Source: Eledone cirrhosa (lineage: Eukaryota). From it: a DNA stretch of 64,000 bases. This document shows positions 1-13,029 of this stretch, piece by piece (position 1 is the stretch's first letter; every line of letters starts with the position of its first letter). Below the pieces are notes generated by a model, which was not told where the DNA came from, did no database searches, and saw only the letters and a list, made by a program, of their open reading frames with translations. Made by a program: the position numbers and the translations under genes. The DNA is taken from assembly GCA_964016885.1 (NCBI GenBank), contig OZ024754.1, positions 10,664,001-10,728,000 on the forward strand, read 5' to 3'.

Positions 1-279
1 GCTGGATTTTAATTCAAAATGTAAAACACTGGAATAAATAACACATGGTATTTTATTCAATGCTCTACCAATTTTGCCAACCATCACAATATATCATTAA
101 AATATAAAACATAAAATGTAGGAACAAAGTTATTTTGATAAGAATAAAGAGATAGTACTTTCCATTTTGTTTTTAATCGATGCTAAGATAGAGTGTATCT
201 GTTAGACACGCAATGGCTAACAACAGAATGTTTTAAGTCTGCGTGTCTGACATATATGCGTAGCTTGTGAATAAAAAAT

Positions 280-502
280 TCAAGGGGTGTCGCTGGCCAT
301 GGTGGTCGCTGCCAAACATGTTTTGTAACGTATCGTCTTATTGGCTAATTTCATCGTTTTATTGGCTAATCAACCAACCAGAGTAATTGTTGCTCAAAAG
401 CATTCGCCATTTTGTTTGCACGTTTATTTATCGTGCCGCTTTCGAATTTTCCTCCTGTATTTCGTCGTTTATCATCAAAATATTTTTCTCATTTTGGTAA
501 GT
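280..502. promoter_or_regulatory. Putative (possibly bidirectional) promoter / first-exon region
   Basis: Locally CpG-rich compared with the rest of the window. Two ATTGGCTAAT (reverse CCAAT) boxes at ~340 and ~361, a YY1-like CGCCATTTTG at ~405, and a consensus donor TTG|GTAAGT at 496/497. No transcript evidence available. Confidence 0.4.
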
Positions 503-923
503 TATATTGTTAATTTATATATGATTTTTTTAATTTATATTAACTATTTTTTTTTCAGTTCGTTATAACATGCTTATAATATTGGTTGTATCACATTTAC
601 TTGTATATTTGTCCATATTATTGTTCGTTTTATGTTAGATTATTTTATTATTATTATGTTAGACTATTTGTATGTAATATTTAATTTTTATTAATTCAAC
701 TATAACAATTATTATGTAAAATATATTTATTTAATATTGATTGTTTTTGTAGTTGTTTATATTAAAAGTCTGAAAATATTTTTATACATCTTACAATAAT
801 ATTTATAAGATCATTTATAAAATAACAATTATATAATCTAATTACATTACAACGATAATTTATTATTAATATATATCATGTTTAACTCGAGTTATTACAA
901 GCGTTGCCTTAAAAAAATATTAA

Positions 924-1332
924 ACTAGATCTGAAAAATGTGCAAGCTCAAAATAGCCACAGAATGTTATAATAAACCTTCAAAAGTGTGGGACTAGAGT
1001 TGTTGCTCAAAAATATTGTAATCATTATCTATAATCATTATCTATAACTCAAGACGACATGATAATTATTTAAGTGAATTTATAATATAGAATTCGGTTT
1101 AAGTGCATTTCGAATTAATCATTACTAAACATCTAATATGAGATATTGAGCTTAAATAATTATCGTGTCGTCTTGAGTTTGTTATGAGTCTCTTTTTTAT
1201 AAAAGGATGCCACAGAGTGTACGATAGATAATGATTACAATATTTTTGAGCAACAACTCTAGTCTCACACTTTTGAAGGTTTATTATAACATTCTGTGGC
1301 TCTTTTGAGCTTGCACATTTTTCAGGTCTAGT
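924..1332. mobile_element. Foldback/MITE-like element with ~107-bp terminal inverted repeats
   Basis: ACTAGATCTGAAAAATGTGCAAGCTC...ATCATTATCTAT is mirrored by ATAGATAATGAT...GAGCTTGCACATTTTTCAGGTCTAGT. There is an inner inverted pair at ~1047-1074/1151-1179, and ATATTAA flanks both sides (917-923, 1333-1339). Confidence 0.85.
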
Positions 1333-1569
1333 ATATTAAGAATAACAAGATGAGGTTTCACAATTAGTGACCATTACACGTTTCACAGATGATTGGCTCA
1401 AGGTCCACATTATAGACCTGACTCCAGCTTCAATCTGCTCATCAGACATGTTAATCAAGCTAAAAACAAGATTTCATCTGAGGGCATCCAGTATTGCATG
1501 GAATATATAGATGGGCATGTATCTATATACTGTATATTTCAAATTCACTCAGATAAAAGTTTGGTGTAG

Positions 1570-1646
1570 TGTGTGTGTGTGGTGTGTGTGGTGTGTGGTG
1601 TGTGGTGTGTGGTGTGTGGTGTGTGGTGTGTGGTGTGTGTGTGTGT
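1570..1646. repeat. (GT)n/(GGTGTGT)n microsatellite
   Basis: Seen directly. Confidence 0.95.
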
Positions 1647-1875
1647 CATAGAACCACCCTGGTTCTATGATATAAAACTGTTCATTTTTTAAAGGTTCAT
1701 ACTTATATTAAAGCCTCCTATCAGAATTTTATTTATGAAATTTTTGTCAAGTAATATTCTAAACATCAGCTTTATAAGAAAAAAGTTATTCTTCTGAATT
1801 TCAAAATAACTATTTTAAAAATTAATTGAAACACATAGATATAGTCTTCCATTAGAAATATGCTAACAAAAAAGG

Positions 1876-2104
1876 TTAACCCTTTAAATACTATTATTAT
1901 ATACTTTAAATACTATTATTATTATATTAAATACTATTATATTTTCATGGTAAATGCTTTATCTCACATAATATCGAATCTCTGAGATTTTGAAAGGATT
2001 TATTTTGAGAACAATACCTTAACATCAGTTTGAGTGACCGGTTACAGCCAGTTTCAACAAAAAAAGGTAGAGAATTCTGGCCGGTTTGAACATTAAAGGG
2101 TTAA
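1876..2104. mobile_element. TTAA (piggyBac-type) MITE family A copy
   Basis: TTAA-CCCTTTA...TAAAGGG-TTAA termini. The internal sequence matches the other copies in reverse orientation. Confidence 0.8.
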
Positions 2105-2132
2105 ATGGAACTCAGTTTTAGAGTGATTATTT

Positions 2133-2740
2133 ATCATCATCACCGTTTTACGTCCGTTCTTCCACGCTAGCATGGGTTAGACGGGTTGTCCTGTTGTGGG
2201 CAGTGTCCGGTCAGCTGACCTTGTCTTGCTCATACGGGAACTGATTCTGGCTGCCCTTCCTAACACCAACCTCATTTACAGTGAGTGCTGGGTGCTTTTT
2301 TTCCGTGGTGCCTACACGTCCACTTTACAGTGTGGGCTGGGTGCTTTTTTGCCACGGCACCTCCACGACCACTTTGCTGTGGTAGGGTGTGGGGGCATAT
2401 TGTCTATATGCTTCAGCTTCGGCTTGTACTCGTGGGGGGGAGTCAGGTCTTCTGTATTACTGCGTGACGCCAGAGGTCACGGTCCTGTGTCATCGCCTTT
2501 GAGAGGTGTAATTGGGTAAGGTCGGCTTTTATCACCTCATCCCAGGTCTTCTTCGGTCTCCCCACTCCGCGGTTTCCATCGACTTCCAGTGCTCTGCACC
2601 TTTTTATGCAGCTGTCATCCTTCATACGCATTACATGTCCATACCAACGCAACCACCTCTCCTGCACACAGCATTTCATTCCTCTTATGCTCAGTCTCTC
2701 TCTCAATTCATTTATGCTTTGCCGTTCGCGTATATTACTA
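2133..2740 (-). mobile_element. RTE-clade LINE 3' fragment (end of ORF, 3'UTR, (GAT)n tail)
   Basis: ORF 2443-2706 reads 'ERWLRWYGHVMRMKDD...GRPKKTWDEVIKADL...DRDLWR', typical of the RTE ORF C-terminus. The tail reads catcatcacc on the + strand. Confidence 0.9.
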
Positions 2741-3307
2741 TTTATATTAAAATAGATTAATTTTTATTAAATTCTATATTAAAAAAAAAAGTAACAAAAA
2801 ATGTTATTTGGCAAACACCAAAATTGTTTGGTGGAATCCTGAGTTTTGAGAGAAACTACTTCAGAAAACACTGATAAAGACTGAGGAGTAGCAGAGTAGA
2901 GGAGTAACTGGGATAAGGTGCTTTTATCAGAGCAAAGAATGTTAAATATTTCATATTAAATAACACAAATTTTTTAAATATAAAAAAAGCTGGAAAGATG
3001 CTCTTCTGCAGACAAGTTTAACCACTATCAGCTGAGAACTACAGGGATTACACTTAAATCATACTAATGCATTTTTGTGCATACATGTGTGGGAGTGCCA
3101 TATCTGATCATCATCACCATTTAACATCCATTTTTCCATGCTAGCATGGGTTAGACGAGTTGTCCTGTTGTAAGACAAGTCAGATTATATGACAGTGTCT
3201 TGCTCATACAGAACTGTTTTGGCAAGATATGGCCGGTTTAACTGCTAAAGAGTTAAAGCTCTAAACAGAATCATCAAGCAGAATAAAACTTTCTTAGATC
3301 TATCTCC

Positions 3308-3543
3308 AACACACACACAGACACACACACAAAAAGACACACACAAACAGACACAGACACACACAAATAGACACAGACACACACACGTAAACACACAGAG
3401 AGAGAAAGACACCGATACAAACAAACGAACACACACTAACAGGCACAAACACACACAAACACACACAGACAGACACACAAATTGACACACACACACAGAG
3501 AAAGACAAACACAGACATACACAGACAAAACACACAGACACTG

Positions 3544-3583
<40 letters not shown>
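3308..3583. repeat. (CA)n/(CAGA)n compound microsatellite
   Basis: Seen directly; explains the spurious CV-rich ORFs. Confidence 0.95.
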
Positions 3584-3585
<2 letters not shown>

Positions 3586-3862
3586 CTTCTAGTCCAAAGT
3601 ACACATGTCGTTTAACAAGTTTAAATGATAGTCAGCACCAAATTACATTTACTGTATGCAGCAGTGAGTTCATTGAAGATGACAAAGGTTCCCAAGACAT
3701 AAGAATGGAAGAAGAAATAAAAGACAGCATTCCATCTGGGAGAGATGTGTATGAAGTAGAGTGTTGGAACTGAAGAGACAAATATAATAACAACCAGTTG
3801 ATGACAGAAGAACTACAAGTGTTGATTGGAGGACAGTTGACAGCTGATAACATATAGGAGCT

Positions 3863-4392
3863 GTGGGGTGGGGTTGTTGTGGTGGTGGGCGTGTGGGGGT
3901 AGTGTTGTGGTGGGCGTGTGGTGTGGTGTGGTGGTGGTGGTGCGGGGTGGTGGTGGTGGTGTGGTGTGGTGTGATGTGGTGGTGGTGTGGGGGTAGTGTG
4001 GTGGTGTTATGGTGTGGTGTGGTGTGGTGTGGTGTGGTGTGGTGGTGGTGGTATGTTGTGGTGGCAGTGGTGTGTTGTGGTGGTGGTGGTGGTGTGTTGT
4101 GTTGTGGTGGTGGTGTGGTGGTGTGTTGTGTTGTGGTGGTGTGTTGTGTTGTGGTGGTGTGTGGTGTTTAGTGGCAGTGTTGTAGTTCAGTGGTGGTGTA
4201 GTTGTAGTGTTGCTGTAGTATTGTGGTGTTGTTTAACAGTAGTGTTGTAATTTAGTTGTGGTATTGTGGTAGCAATGTAAATCAGTGGTAGCGTTGTGGT
4301 GGTGGTGTTGTGGTGGTGGTGGTGTTGTGGTGTTGTAGTTTAGTGGTGGTGTTGTAGTTTAGTGGTGGTGATGTGTTGTGGTGGTAGTGTGG
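3863..4392. repeat. (GGT)n/(GTGGT)n low-complexity repeat
   Basis: Seen directly. Confidence 0.95.
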
Positions 4393-4469
4393 TAAGTTTC
4401 AGGCTCCAGAAAAATAAAGACTCCCATTTTAATTGGTAGCTAACATTATTTTCTTTCTGTGTGACTATA

Positions 4470-5060
4470 AGAGAGAGAGAGAGTGTGTGTGTGAGTGTGT
4501 GTGTGAGTGTGTGTGAGTGTGTGTGTGAGTGAGTGTGTGTGAGTGTGAGTGTGTGTGAGTGTGAGTGTGTGTGAGTGTGTGTGAGTGTATGAGTGTGAGA
4601 GTATGAGTGTGAGTGAGTGTGAGTGTGTGTGAGTGTGTGTGTGAGTGTGTGTGAGTGTGAGTGTGAGTGTGAGTGTGAGTGTGAGTGTGTGTGAGTGTAT
4701 GAGTGTGAGTGTGTGTGCGAGAGTGTGCGAGAGTGTGCGAGAGTGTGCGAGTGTGCGAGTGTGTGCGAGTGTGTGCGTGTGTGTGCGAGTGTGTGTGTGT
4801 GTGCAAGTGTGTGTGTGTGTGTGCGCGCGTGCGTGCGTGCGTGTGTGTGTGTGAGTGCGAGTGCGTGCGAGTGCGTGCGAGTGTGTGAGTGTGTGTGAGT
4901 GTGTGTGTGTGAGTGTGTGTGAGTGTGTGTGAGTGTGTGTGTGTATGTGAGTGTGAGTGTGTGTGTGAGACCGAGACTGTCAGTGAGTGTGAGTATGTGT
5001 GTGATAGTGCATGTGTGTGTGTATGTGTGTCAGTGAGTGCATATGCATGTGGGTGTGTTT
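4470..5060. repeat. (GT)n/(GAGTGT)n microsatellite
   Basis: Seen directly. Confidence 0.95.
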
Positions 5061-5459
5061 ATTTGTGTCTATGTGCATGTGTACACACACGAACATCTGC
5101 ATCAGCACGTGAGCCTGTACATTTGTGCATGTGTATGTCATTAACCCTTTCATTACCATATTTCTAATGAAAAACTGGTGTACATTGGGCAATATAAACC
5201 CTAATAGATTAGGCCATCCCATGAATGTGCTTTTCTCAATTATATGCAATAGAAGTCAGAGGTGTGGGATAAACATCCTACATAAACTTACTATAAAAGC
5301 AGCCATTCACCTTGTACTCATTCTTAGTGCATGTTTTGAAAAGTGCAGTTTACCTTAATTTTTTAAAATAAAAGCTGTATAATTTATGGGATGTCCTAAT
5401 ATACCCCCCCCCCCTCTCCTCTGATCAATCGGGGCTGTCCTGCGAGAAACCTTTACTCT

Positions 5460-5650
5460 GCAGTGGATTGGCAGTATTAGTAGAGGGTCAGACGCCATGC
5501 TTTGACGTATTGAGTTACGGCCCTTGCCATTCTGAGTTCAAATCCCGCCGAGGTTAACTTTGCCTTTCATCCTTACGGGGGTCGGTAAAATAAAGTACCA
5601 GTAACGCACTGGGTAATTGCTGGCCTTGTGCCAAAAGTAGAAACAAGTAT
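5460..5650 (+). mobile_element. tRNA-derived SINE family 1 (~190 bp)
   Basis: A-box-like TGGCAGTATTAG, B-box GAGTTCAAATCC, central GCCTTTCATCCTTACGGGGTCG(A/G)TAAAATAAAGTACCAG, and tail GGCCTTGTGCCAAAAGTAGAAACAA. About 15 copies in the window. Confidence 0.9.
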
Positions 5651-5859
5651 TACTCTTTATTTACTATTGTATTTTCACGGTAAGCACTTTATATCACAAT
5701 TATTTCACATAATATCGAATCTACAGGATTTTGATATTTATTTTGAGAACAATACCTTAACGTCAGTATGAGGGGTTGGTTATGGCCAGTTTGGCCAGAA
5801 TTCTCTCACCTCTTTCTGTTCAGATATGGCCACTTTAAATGCTAAGAGGTTAAATAACA

Positions 5860-6244
5860 TTAACCCCTTTGTTACCATATTTCTAATGAATTTAACTGCC
5901 TTTTACATTCAATTAATGTTGAAAATAACCAACAATTATTAAGCTGGTGCTTAGAACATCCCCTAACAAAGGTTCTTACATTAAATTATCATAGAAGGCT
6001 TTTAGATATATACAAGGGTCAGCTGAAAATTTCATAGGCTGACCAAGATACTCTCATGGAATGACCAAATGAGGTTTATTTTTCAACTGGAAAGAAACAA
6101 CGCAGTTATTAATAAGAAGAGTTGAAATTGATGCATGCAAGATTTCACAGCTCTAACATCACTCCATAGTCAGCCTATGAACTTTTCAGCACATCCTCGT
6201 AGAACCAAGAGCAGTCTGAAGCAAAATGGTATCAAAAGGGTTAG
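5860..6244. mobile_element. TTAA MITE family B copy (hosts a mariner MITE)
   Basis: TTAACCCCTTTGTTACC...GGTATCAAAAGGGTTAG termini. Related ends occur at ~5141, ~8204-8738, ~12406 and ~1650-1879. Confidence 0.6.
6011..6201. mobile_element. Tc1/mariner-type MITE
   Basis: TA-CAAGGGTCAGCTGAAAATTTCATAGGCTGAC ... GTCAGCCTATGAACTTTTCAGCACATCCTCG-TA: ~30-bp imperfect TIRs with a TA duplication. Confidence 0.8.
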
Positions 6245-6409
6245 TCCTTTACTACCTCGGTGAGATTGGAACTCAGAGTGGAGAGAGCTGGAATGAATAC
6301 CACAAAGTACTCTGATGTTTTAACAACTGCCAATCTGCCGCCTGTATGACCCGTAACTCCTGATGGAGATGTAGGGGCAACTTAGTGACATGCAGCATTG
6401 CTTGGGTAT

Positions 6410-6698
6410 TTAACCCTTTAGCATTTAAACCAGCCATATCCAACCAGAACTCTCACCTCTTTTTATTCAAACTGGCTGTAACCGGCCACTCATACTGATG
6501 TTAAGGTATTTTCTCAAAATAAATAATATCAAAATCTCAGATTCGATTTTATGTGAGATAAAGCCATGAAAATATAGTATATATAGAGTAATGTAAATGC
6601 TATGTGAGATATTATGTGAAATAATTATGTGAGGTAAAGCCTTTACCATGAAAATATAATAGTATATATATAGAGTAATGTAAATGCTAAAGGGTTAA
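6410..6698. mobile_element. TTAA MITE family A copy with internal duplication
   Basis: TTAACCCTTTAGCATTTA...TAAATGCTAAAGGGTTAA; the subterminal segment is duplicated. Confidence 0.9.
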
Positions 6699-7500
6699 AC
6701 TTGGCAGAGCCCAACTCCTCTTCAGTGATAGTCATAAGTATTTAGATATTACATCTAAATGCTTGTAATTATCACTGAGGGGTGGAAGGAAAGTACCTGG
6801 TTGTTTAATGTCTGTATCATTTTCATTTTGGTAGTTGTAATATTGCAGAAGTAAAAACATCTAAATGATTGCTAGCTCTCTCATCTAAAATTTCAAAGAG
6901 ATTATTTTCTTTTTTTCCTCCACACCTACAAAATGCTTTTCCCTTCCTTTAACTAAATGCTCGACAATTTATCAGCAATAATTAATGATGTGGTGGTAGA
7001 AATTACAGCAGAAAGCTTTCACACAGGTTTGCTAGATTTCATTACAAAGTTGGCATTGTAAATATGAGGAGTGAGAGTGTGAGCTAAGACAGAATATACT
7101 AACAGAAAGGAGGTCTTTGCTGTAAAGGGAATAGTGAAAATAAGAGGGGTAAAAGAAAAAGAGATAATGTAAAAAAGAAGGGGAGTAGGGCAAGACATAG
7201 GTCTCTGGACTTGACTTGTCTCATAACATGGCAACCCCTTCTAATACATGCAAGCATGGAAAAATAGACATATGATGATGATGGTGGGGGTGGGGGTAGT
7301 GGTGGGGGTAGTGGTACTAGTGGTGGTGGTGGTGTTGATATTGTTAATGGTGGTGTTGATATTGGTAATAGTGGTGGTGGTACTGGTAGTGGTGGTGGTG
7401 GTACTGTAGTGGTGGTATTGGTAGTAGTGGTGGTGGTATTGGTGGAACACTTTGAGGATAGATACTTGGTCAGGGTTTACCTGAATAACAATTAGTATTG

Positions 7501-7946
7501 CTGTATATACTTGGATATAAGTCGAGGAATATGTAACCAAAAAAAAAAAAAAAAAAAAAAATCAATGGTAGAAGGGGGGGGGGGGGGGGATCAGCTTATT
7601 TTCCAGGTCAATATTTTGATGATTTTCAACTTCAAATTCTACGTAAATAAGGTTTGGATCTTTGCCCATTTCTCAGGCATAAAATAATTGTTTCTACTTT
7701 TGGCACAAGGCCATCAATTATCCCAGTGCATTACTGGTACTTTATTTTATCGACCTCGTAAGGATGAAAGGCAAAGTCAACCTCGGCGGGATTTGAACTC
7801 AGATCGTAAAGGGACGTAACTATGCTAGAAAGCATGGTGTCTGACCCTCTACCGATACTGCCAATCCACCGCCCTGGCGTAAAATAATGGCATAAAATAA
7901 TGGGGTCGGCTTATATTCATATTGGCTTATACTTGAGTATATACAG
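7501..7946. mobile_element. pogo/Tigger-like MITE interrupted by a SINE
   Basis: TIRs CTGTATATACTTGGATATAAGTCGA / TGGCTTATACTTGAGTATATACAG-TA. A second right end of the same type occurs at ~30115-30143. Confidence 0.7.
7686..7874 (-). mobile_element. SINE family 1 copy with TSD
   Basis: Full length; flanked by GGCATAAAATAAT / GGCGTAAAATAAT. Confidence 0.9.
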
Positions 7947-8397
7947 TAATATACTATTTTAGTAAGGCTAACCTTTTTAGTAGATTAATGGTAGTATTAA
8001 CTTGAAAATACTCTAAATTTAGAGATATGACTTGAGGCAATTTTCATGATATCAATTGCTCTAAATTGACTTAATTCCAGGTTTGCCAGGAATACGTATA
8101 AGAACATCAAACAGCAATAACAGCTAATTGCAAACCCATGCCATCAATGGGATAAAATAAAGTGGCTATCTACTACTAATTCCATACTTAACTACAATAC
8201 ATTTTAACACTTTTCATACCAACCCATCAAAAACATTCTCATTATTGTTTGAATTTTTTTGATTTCTAGCCCGATTTTGTTATAACCTGTTTACACGACC
8301 AAAACCCACTTTGTATCGTCCTGCACTGTTCTGTGCTGTCTCTAATGTTTTTCTTCGTGTTAGCCCTTGTGGCCAATAAATAAACCATTATTAAGCT

Positions 8398-8590
8398 GGT
8401 GTGGATTGGCAGTATCGGTGGAAGGTTGGACACCATGCTTTGCAGCATAGAGTTACGCCCCTTTACGATCCGAGTTCAAATTCCGCCGAGGTTAACTTTG
8501 CCTTTCATCCTTACAGGGTCGATAAAATAAAGTACCAGTAATGCACTGGGATAATTGCTGGCCTTGTGACAAAAAGTAGAAATAATTATT
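8398..8590 (+). mobile_element. SINE family 1 copy
   Basis: Full length; TSD-like ATTATTAAGCTGGT / ATTATTAATCTGGT. Confidence 0.9.
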
Positions 8591-9597
8591 AATCTGGTGT
8601 TTGGAATGTAACTTAAGGAAGGTTCTTATGGAAAATTACAATGAAAGTTTTTATATAAATATAAACACTTTACAGTAAACAATTTTGTATATCATAGAAC
8701 CAGGGTCAGTTTCAAACAGTTTGATATCAAAAGAATTAATAACCAAGTACTCTATAATGATGCTAGTTACCATACCAGTGATTTTTAAGGAACGTTTCTT
8801 AAGTATGAGTTGTAACAATGTCTAATTCCAACCATTTTATGAGTGGCTGGTTAGCTTTCATGCCAAAACACCGATTCATTATAAAGTTATGCTAAATGTC
8901 AAAGGAGATTTGTCTGACTCATGCGAGCAATAATAGAAAAAAATAAATAGATGTTAAAATAGTGATAACAAATGATATAGTAATATACTTTTCATTGTCA
9001 GACTCTACAGTAAATTTCCTCAAATATAACAATAATATATTTATATAGACTATGAGGAATATGATAAAAATGTTATTTACAAGAACACTAAACTAGCAGG
9101 GGAAAATCTCCAACAGAACTAATATTACCTCGGTTGAAACAAGCGCAGAGAAAGAAGGAAATTGCAGAAGACAGCCATTATCTCAAATATTGAATTGGAA
9201 GAAATGAAATAATGAACAGATAAGAAACATGCTAAAAATTACAATAACCTATATTATATTATTACTATTTCTTTCTTAGATTTAACTTAATATTGGTTGT
9301 GAGTTCCAATTTCAGCCAGAAAAATAAGTCTAAGATAAGTAAATATAAAACTAAAAGACAGCAGAGGGAAAAAATACATTACCAGTTGTTTATTACATTA
9401 GAAACAAAGTGAATAAGAAATAATTCAGAGAAATTACAGAATGTAAAGTACTTCAACTGAAATATTGGTTATGAATAATAATAATAATTGTGAAACTAAA
9501 ATGTATTATATAGGACATAAAGACATGTCTATATTTGGAAATCTTTTATATATTATATTATATTATATTATATTATATTATATTATATTATATGATA

Positions 9598-9790
9598 GGT
9601 GGTGAATTGGCAGTATCGGTAGAGGGTCGGACGCTATGCTTTGATGCATAGAGTTACGGCCCTTGCCATTCTGAGTTCAAATCCCGCCGAGGTTAACTTT
9701 GCCTTTCATCCTTATGGGGGTCGATAAAATAAAGTACCAGTAATGCACTGGGATAATTGCAGGCCTTGTGCCAAAAAGTAGAAACAATTA
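9598..9790 (+). mobile_element. SINE family 1 copy in (TATAT)n microsatellite
   Basis: Full-length match to the family. Confidence 0.9.
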
Positions 9791-10061
9791 TATATATTAT
9801 ATTATATGTATATTATATATATATATATTATTATATATTATATTATATTATATATATATATTATATATATTATTATATTATATTATATTATATATATATA
9901 TTATATTATATTATATATATATATATTATATGTATATTATATATATTATTATATTATATTATATTATATTATATATATATATTATATTATATGTATATTA
10001 TATATATATATATTATTATATTATATTTATATTATATTATATATATATATATATTATATAA

Positions 10062-10250
10062 AGGCGGTGAATTGGCAGTATCGGTAGAGGGTCGGACGCC
10101 CTGCTTTGTAGCATAGTTACGACCCTTTACGGTCTGAGTTCAAATCCCGTCGAGGTTAACTTTGCCTTTCATCCTTACGGGGTCAATAAAATAAAGTACC
10201 AGTAATGCACTGGGATAATTGCTGGCCTTGTGCCAAAAGTAGAAACAATT
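10062..10250 (+). mobile_element. SINE family 1 copy in TA-rich microsatellite
   Basis: Full length, from GGCGGTGAATTGGCAG to AGAAACAATT. Confidence 0.9.
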
Positions 10251-10668
10251 ATATTTATATTATATATATATATTATATTTATATTATATTATATATTATA
10301 TATATATATATTATATTTATATATTATATCATATGTATATTATATATAATTTATTTTTTCCTGAATAATTCATAGCATGGTTAATCTACATTGCTGATAC
10401 ATTTTTTTCACTATACATACATTTTTTTCACTATTTTCAATCAAGAGAAAATTACTTTTGAATATCATAAGACATCTGCACTTAGAATTATTGGTTCTGG
10501 TAAGCAGACATCTTAGTAATTAATATAACATATGTTACAGGTAACTTGGTAAATAGCATTCTGCTAGAGAGAATATTGCTTTTCTTTTTCAGTAATAAAG
10601 ACACATAATTCAAGATATTTTCATATTTGTTACAAAAATACCAGACTATGTTTCTTAAACACACCTCA

Positions 10669-10884
10669 TTAACCCTTTCACATTTAAACCGGCCGTATCT
10701 GGCCAGAATTCTCTCCCCTCTTTCTGTTCAAACCAGCTGTAACTGGCCACTCATACTCATGTTAAGGTATTGTTCTCAAAATAAATAATATCAAAATCTC
10801 ATAGATTAAATACTATACGAAATAAAGCCTTTCCCGTGAAAAGACAATAGTAAATATAGAGTAATGTAAATGCTAAAGGGTTAA
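10669..10884. mobile_element. TTAA MITE family A copy
   Basis: TTAACCCTTT...TAAATGCTAAAGGGTTAA. Confidence 0.9.
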
Positions 10885-11059
10885 GTGATGGTTATAAAAG
10901 TCAATCATTAGGTAAAACTACACTAGAACTAACATCAGTATGAGTGGCTGGTTACAACCGGTTTGAACAGAAAAAGGTGAGAAAATTCTGGTCAGATATA
11001 GGCGGTTTCAATGCCAAAGGGTTAAGATTTTCTTTTTTCTTTTCTAAGGAACACTTTGT

Positions 11060-11332
11060 ATGTAGTAGATATGTATGACTGTGTTGGTATGGACATGTGA
11101 TGCACATGGGTGATGATTGCTGGGTGAAGAAGTGTGAAATAATCACAGTTGAAGGAAGCTACAGTAAAGGAAGACCAAGGAAGACCTGGATGGAAGTAGT
11201 GAGAGATGATCTCAGATTGCTAAAGCTTACAGGGGAGATGACAAACGCGACAAGTTGAGAACTACTGTACTGAGAATGACATGTCCAACTCATGCATGGA
11301 ACAACTGACATAATATATCACCATCATCATCA
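11060..11332 (+). mobile_element. Decayed RTE LINE 3' fragment
   Basis: Translates to 'WYGHVMHMGDDCWVKKC...VEGSYSKGRPRKTWMEVVRDDL'. Confidence 0.8.
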
Positions 11333-13029
11333 AAGAACACTTTTTTTTTCTCTATTTTGATTTAAAACCACACAATAATTATCACATCATATTACCTTCA
11401 TGACTATCAAAAGAAAGGTTCAAAGAACAAAGAAAAAGTTTGACAAATACACATGAAAGAGTTCTCATTCCATTAAAAATAATATCAATTGGAAACATTA
11501 GAGAACTTTTCTGGATATACTCAGAGTAAAGAGAGAATGTCTCAAGTGGATTAAGTTTAATGAGGTGAAATGTTTGATGGAACATCCACAAGAAACAAAA
11601 ATAGAGATGGTGCCTTTGTCAGTTCACACTTTTTCACTTATCTATTAAAAAAAAAAAAGATGTTTTTAGACTAAAGGGAATGTGAAACAATTTTGAAATG
11701 TACTGGCTTAAGTGCTTGTGTGAAATATTTGATGAAAATTTTTGAACAGAAAAATAACCAAAACTAAACAATCATACGTCAAGTTTTTTTACTCTATGTG
11801 AGCTGAAAGTTCTGAACTGGAAAAAAAAATAGCTCAAAGTAGGCTTGGTAAATTTTTTATTCAACATGAGTGTTTTTATTTATGGGATTTTAATGCATTT
11901 GGATATCCTTCAAGCCTTGTCAGATTAAAGAGAGTTGACACAAAAATTTACTTTTAAGGTTTTCCTTGGCCTCAGGAAAATACCTGAGTAATTCTCACCA
12001 TTTCATTTTCCTAGTGTTGTGCAATACCTGGCACTTGAGAAAATGTGTGAAAGGTATTTTTTTTTTTATTAAGGAATCTATCTTACCTAATGCCGTTATC
12101 ATTTGGATAAGCTAAAGTAGCATGTAATATCTAACTTACACCTATATTTTTATCTCCTTATCAGTAAAAAGAATGTACCCACACTTTCAAACCATTTTTA
12201 GCAGACGTACAATTATTTCTAAAATTTAAAGCCTTCCAAGCTATCATCTTTCCTTCTTTTCATTTCTATAAAAAAAAAAAAAGAAAAACTCAAGATTTAC
12301 ACCCAACTTCAAAACTACGACATGTAAATATTTAAGACAATAAAACAAACATATATACGTCTAAGTAAAAGCATTTGGTAAATTCTTTATTTCCTCGTGA
12401 CTGGCTTAACCTTTTGATACCAAGCTGCCAGAAACCTCCACTGGTTTTATGATGAAGTGCTTTTGTGTTTACTGTTTATATTTATTTAAAGACCTTCCTT
12501 CATAATTTTGTGTAAGAACCTAGCTTAATAATGGTTGCTGATTTAAAGCCAACAATTTTGAGGAGAGGGGAAAGTTGATCAAATCAATCCCAGTACATTA
12601 CTGGTACTTTAATTTATTCAACCCTGTAAGGATGAAATGCAAAGCTAAACTCGGCGAAATTTCAATTCAGAACATAAAGAGCTGTAACTATGCCGCAAAG
12701 CATGTTGAGCAACTCTCTTCAAATTAATGCTAATCCGATGTCCTAAAGACTAGCTTTAAATTAATGTTATTTTTACAATACTTTCCAATTGCTAGATATA
12801 TTTTATGGACAAAACTACCTGGCAAGAGACTCAGGAGGGAGATAGAGAGAAAGATGGTTGGATAACATCCATGAGTTCACTTGGTCTTGCTTGGGGATCC
12901 AACTGGATCAATTGGAGACAGTTGCTTCTGACAGGATATGCTGGAAGGTGTGCTTGAAAACTGCCTCAACAGCTGTCCTAGATATAAGTAGGAGGCAGGA
13001 AGAGGGGAAGGGAGAAGAAGCTCGTCTGT

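Noticed and set aside
3630-3858. Acidic coding-like stretch (possible pogo/Tigger C-terminus)
   Set aside because: In-frame stop and too little motif support. Similar weak relics at ~58830-58930 (Tc1/mariner-like), ~54300-54360 and ~62990-63450 were also left unannotated.
9129-9230. Candidate minus-strand exon ending CGAG|GTAATA
   Set aside because: One open frame only, with no recognisable homology.
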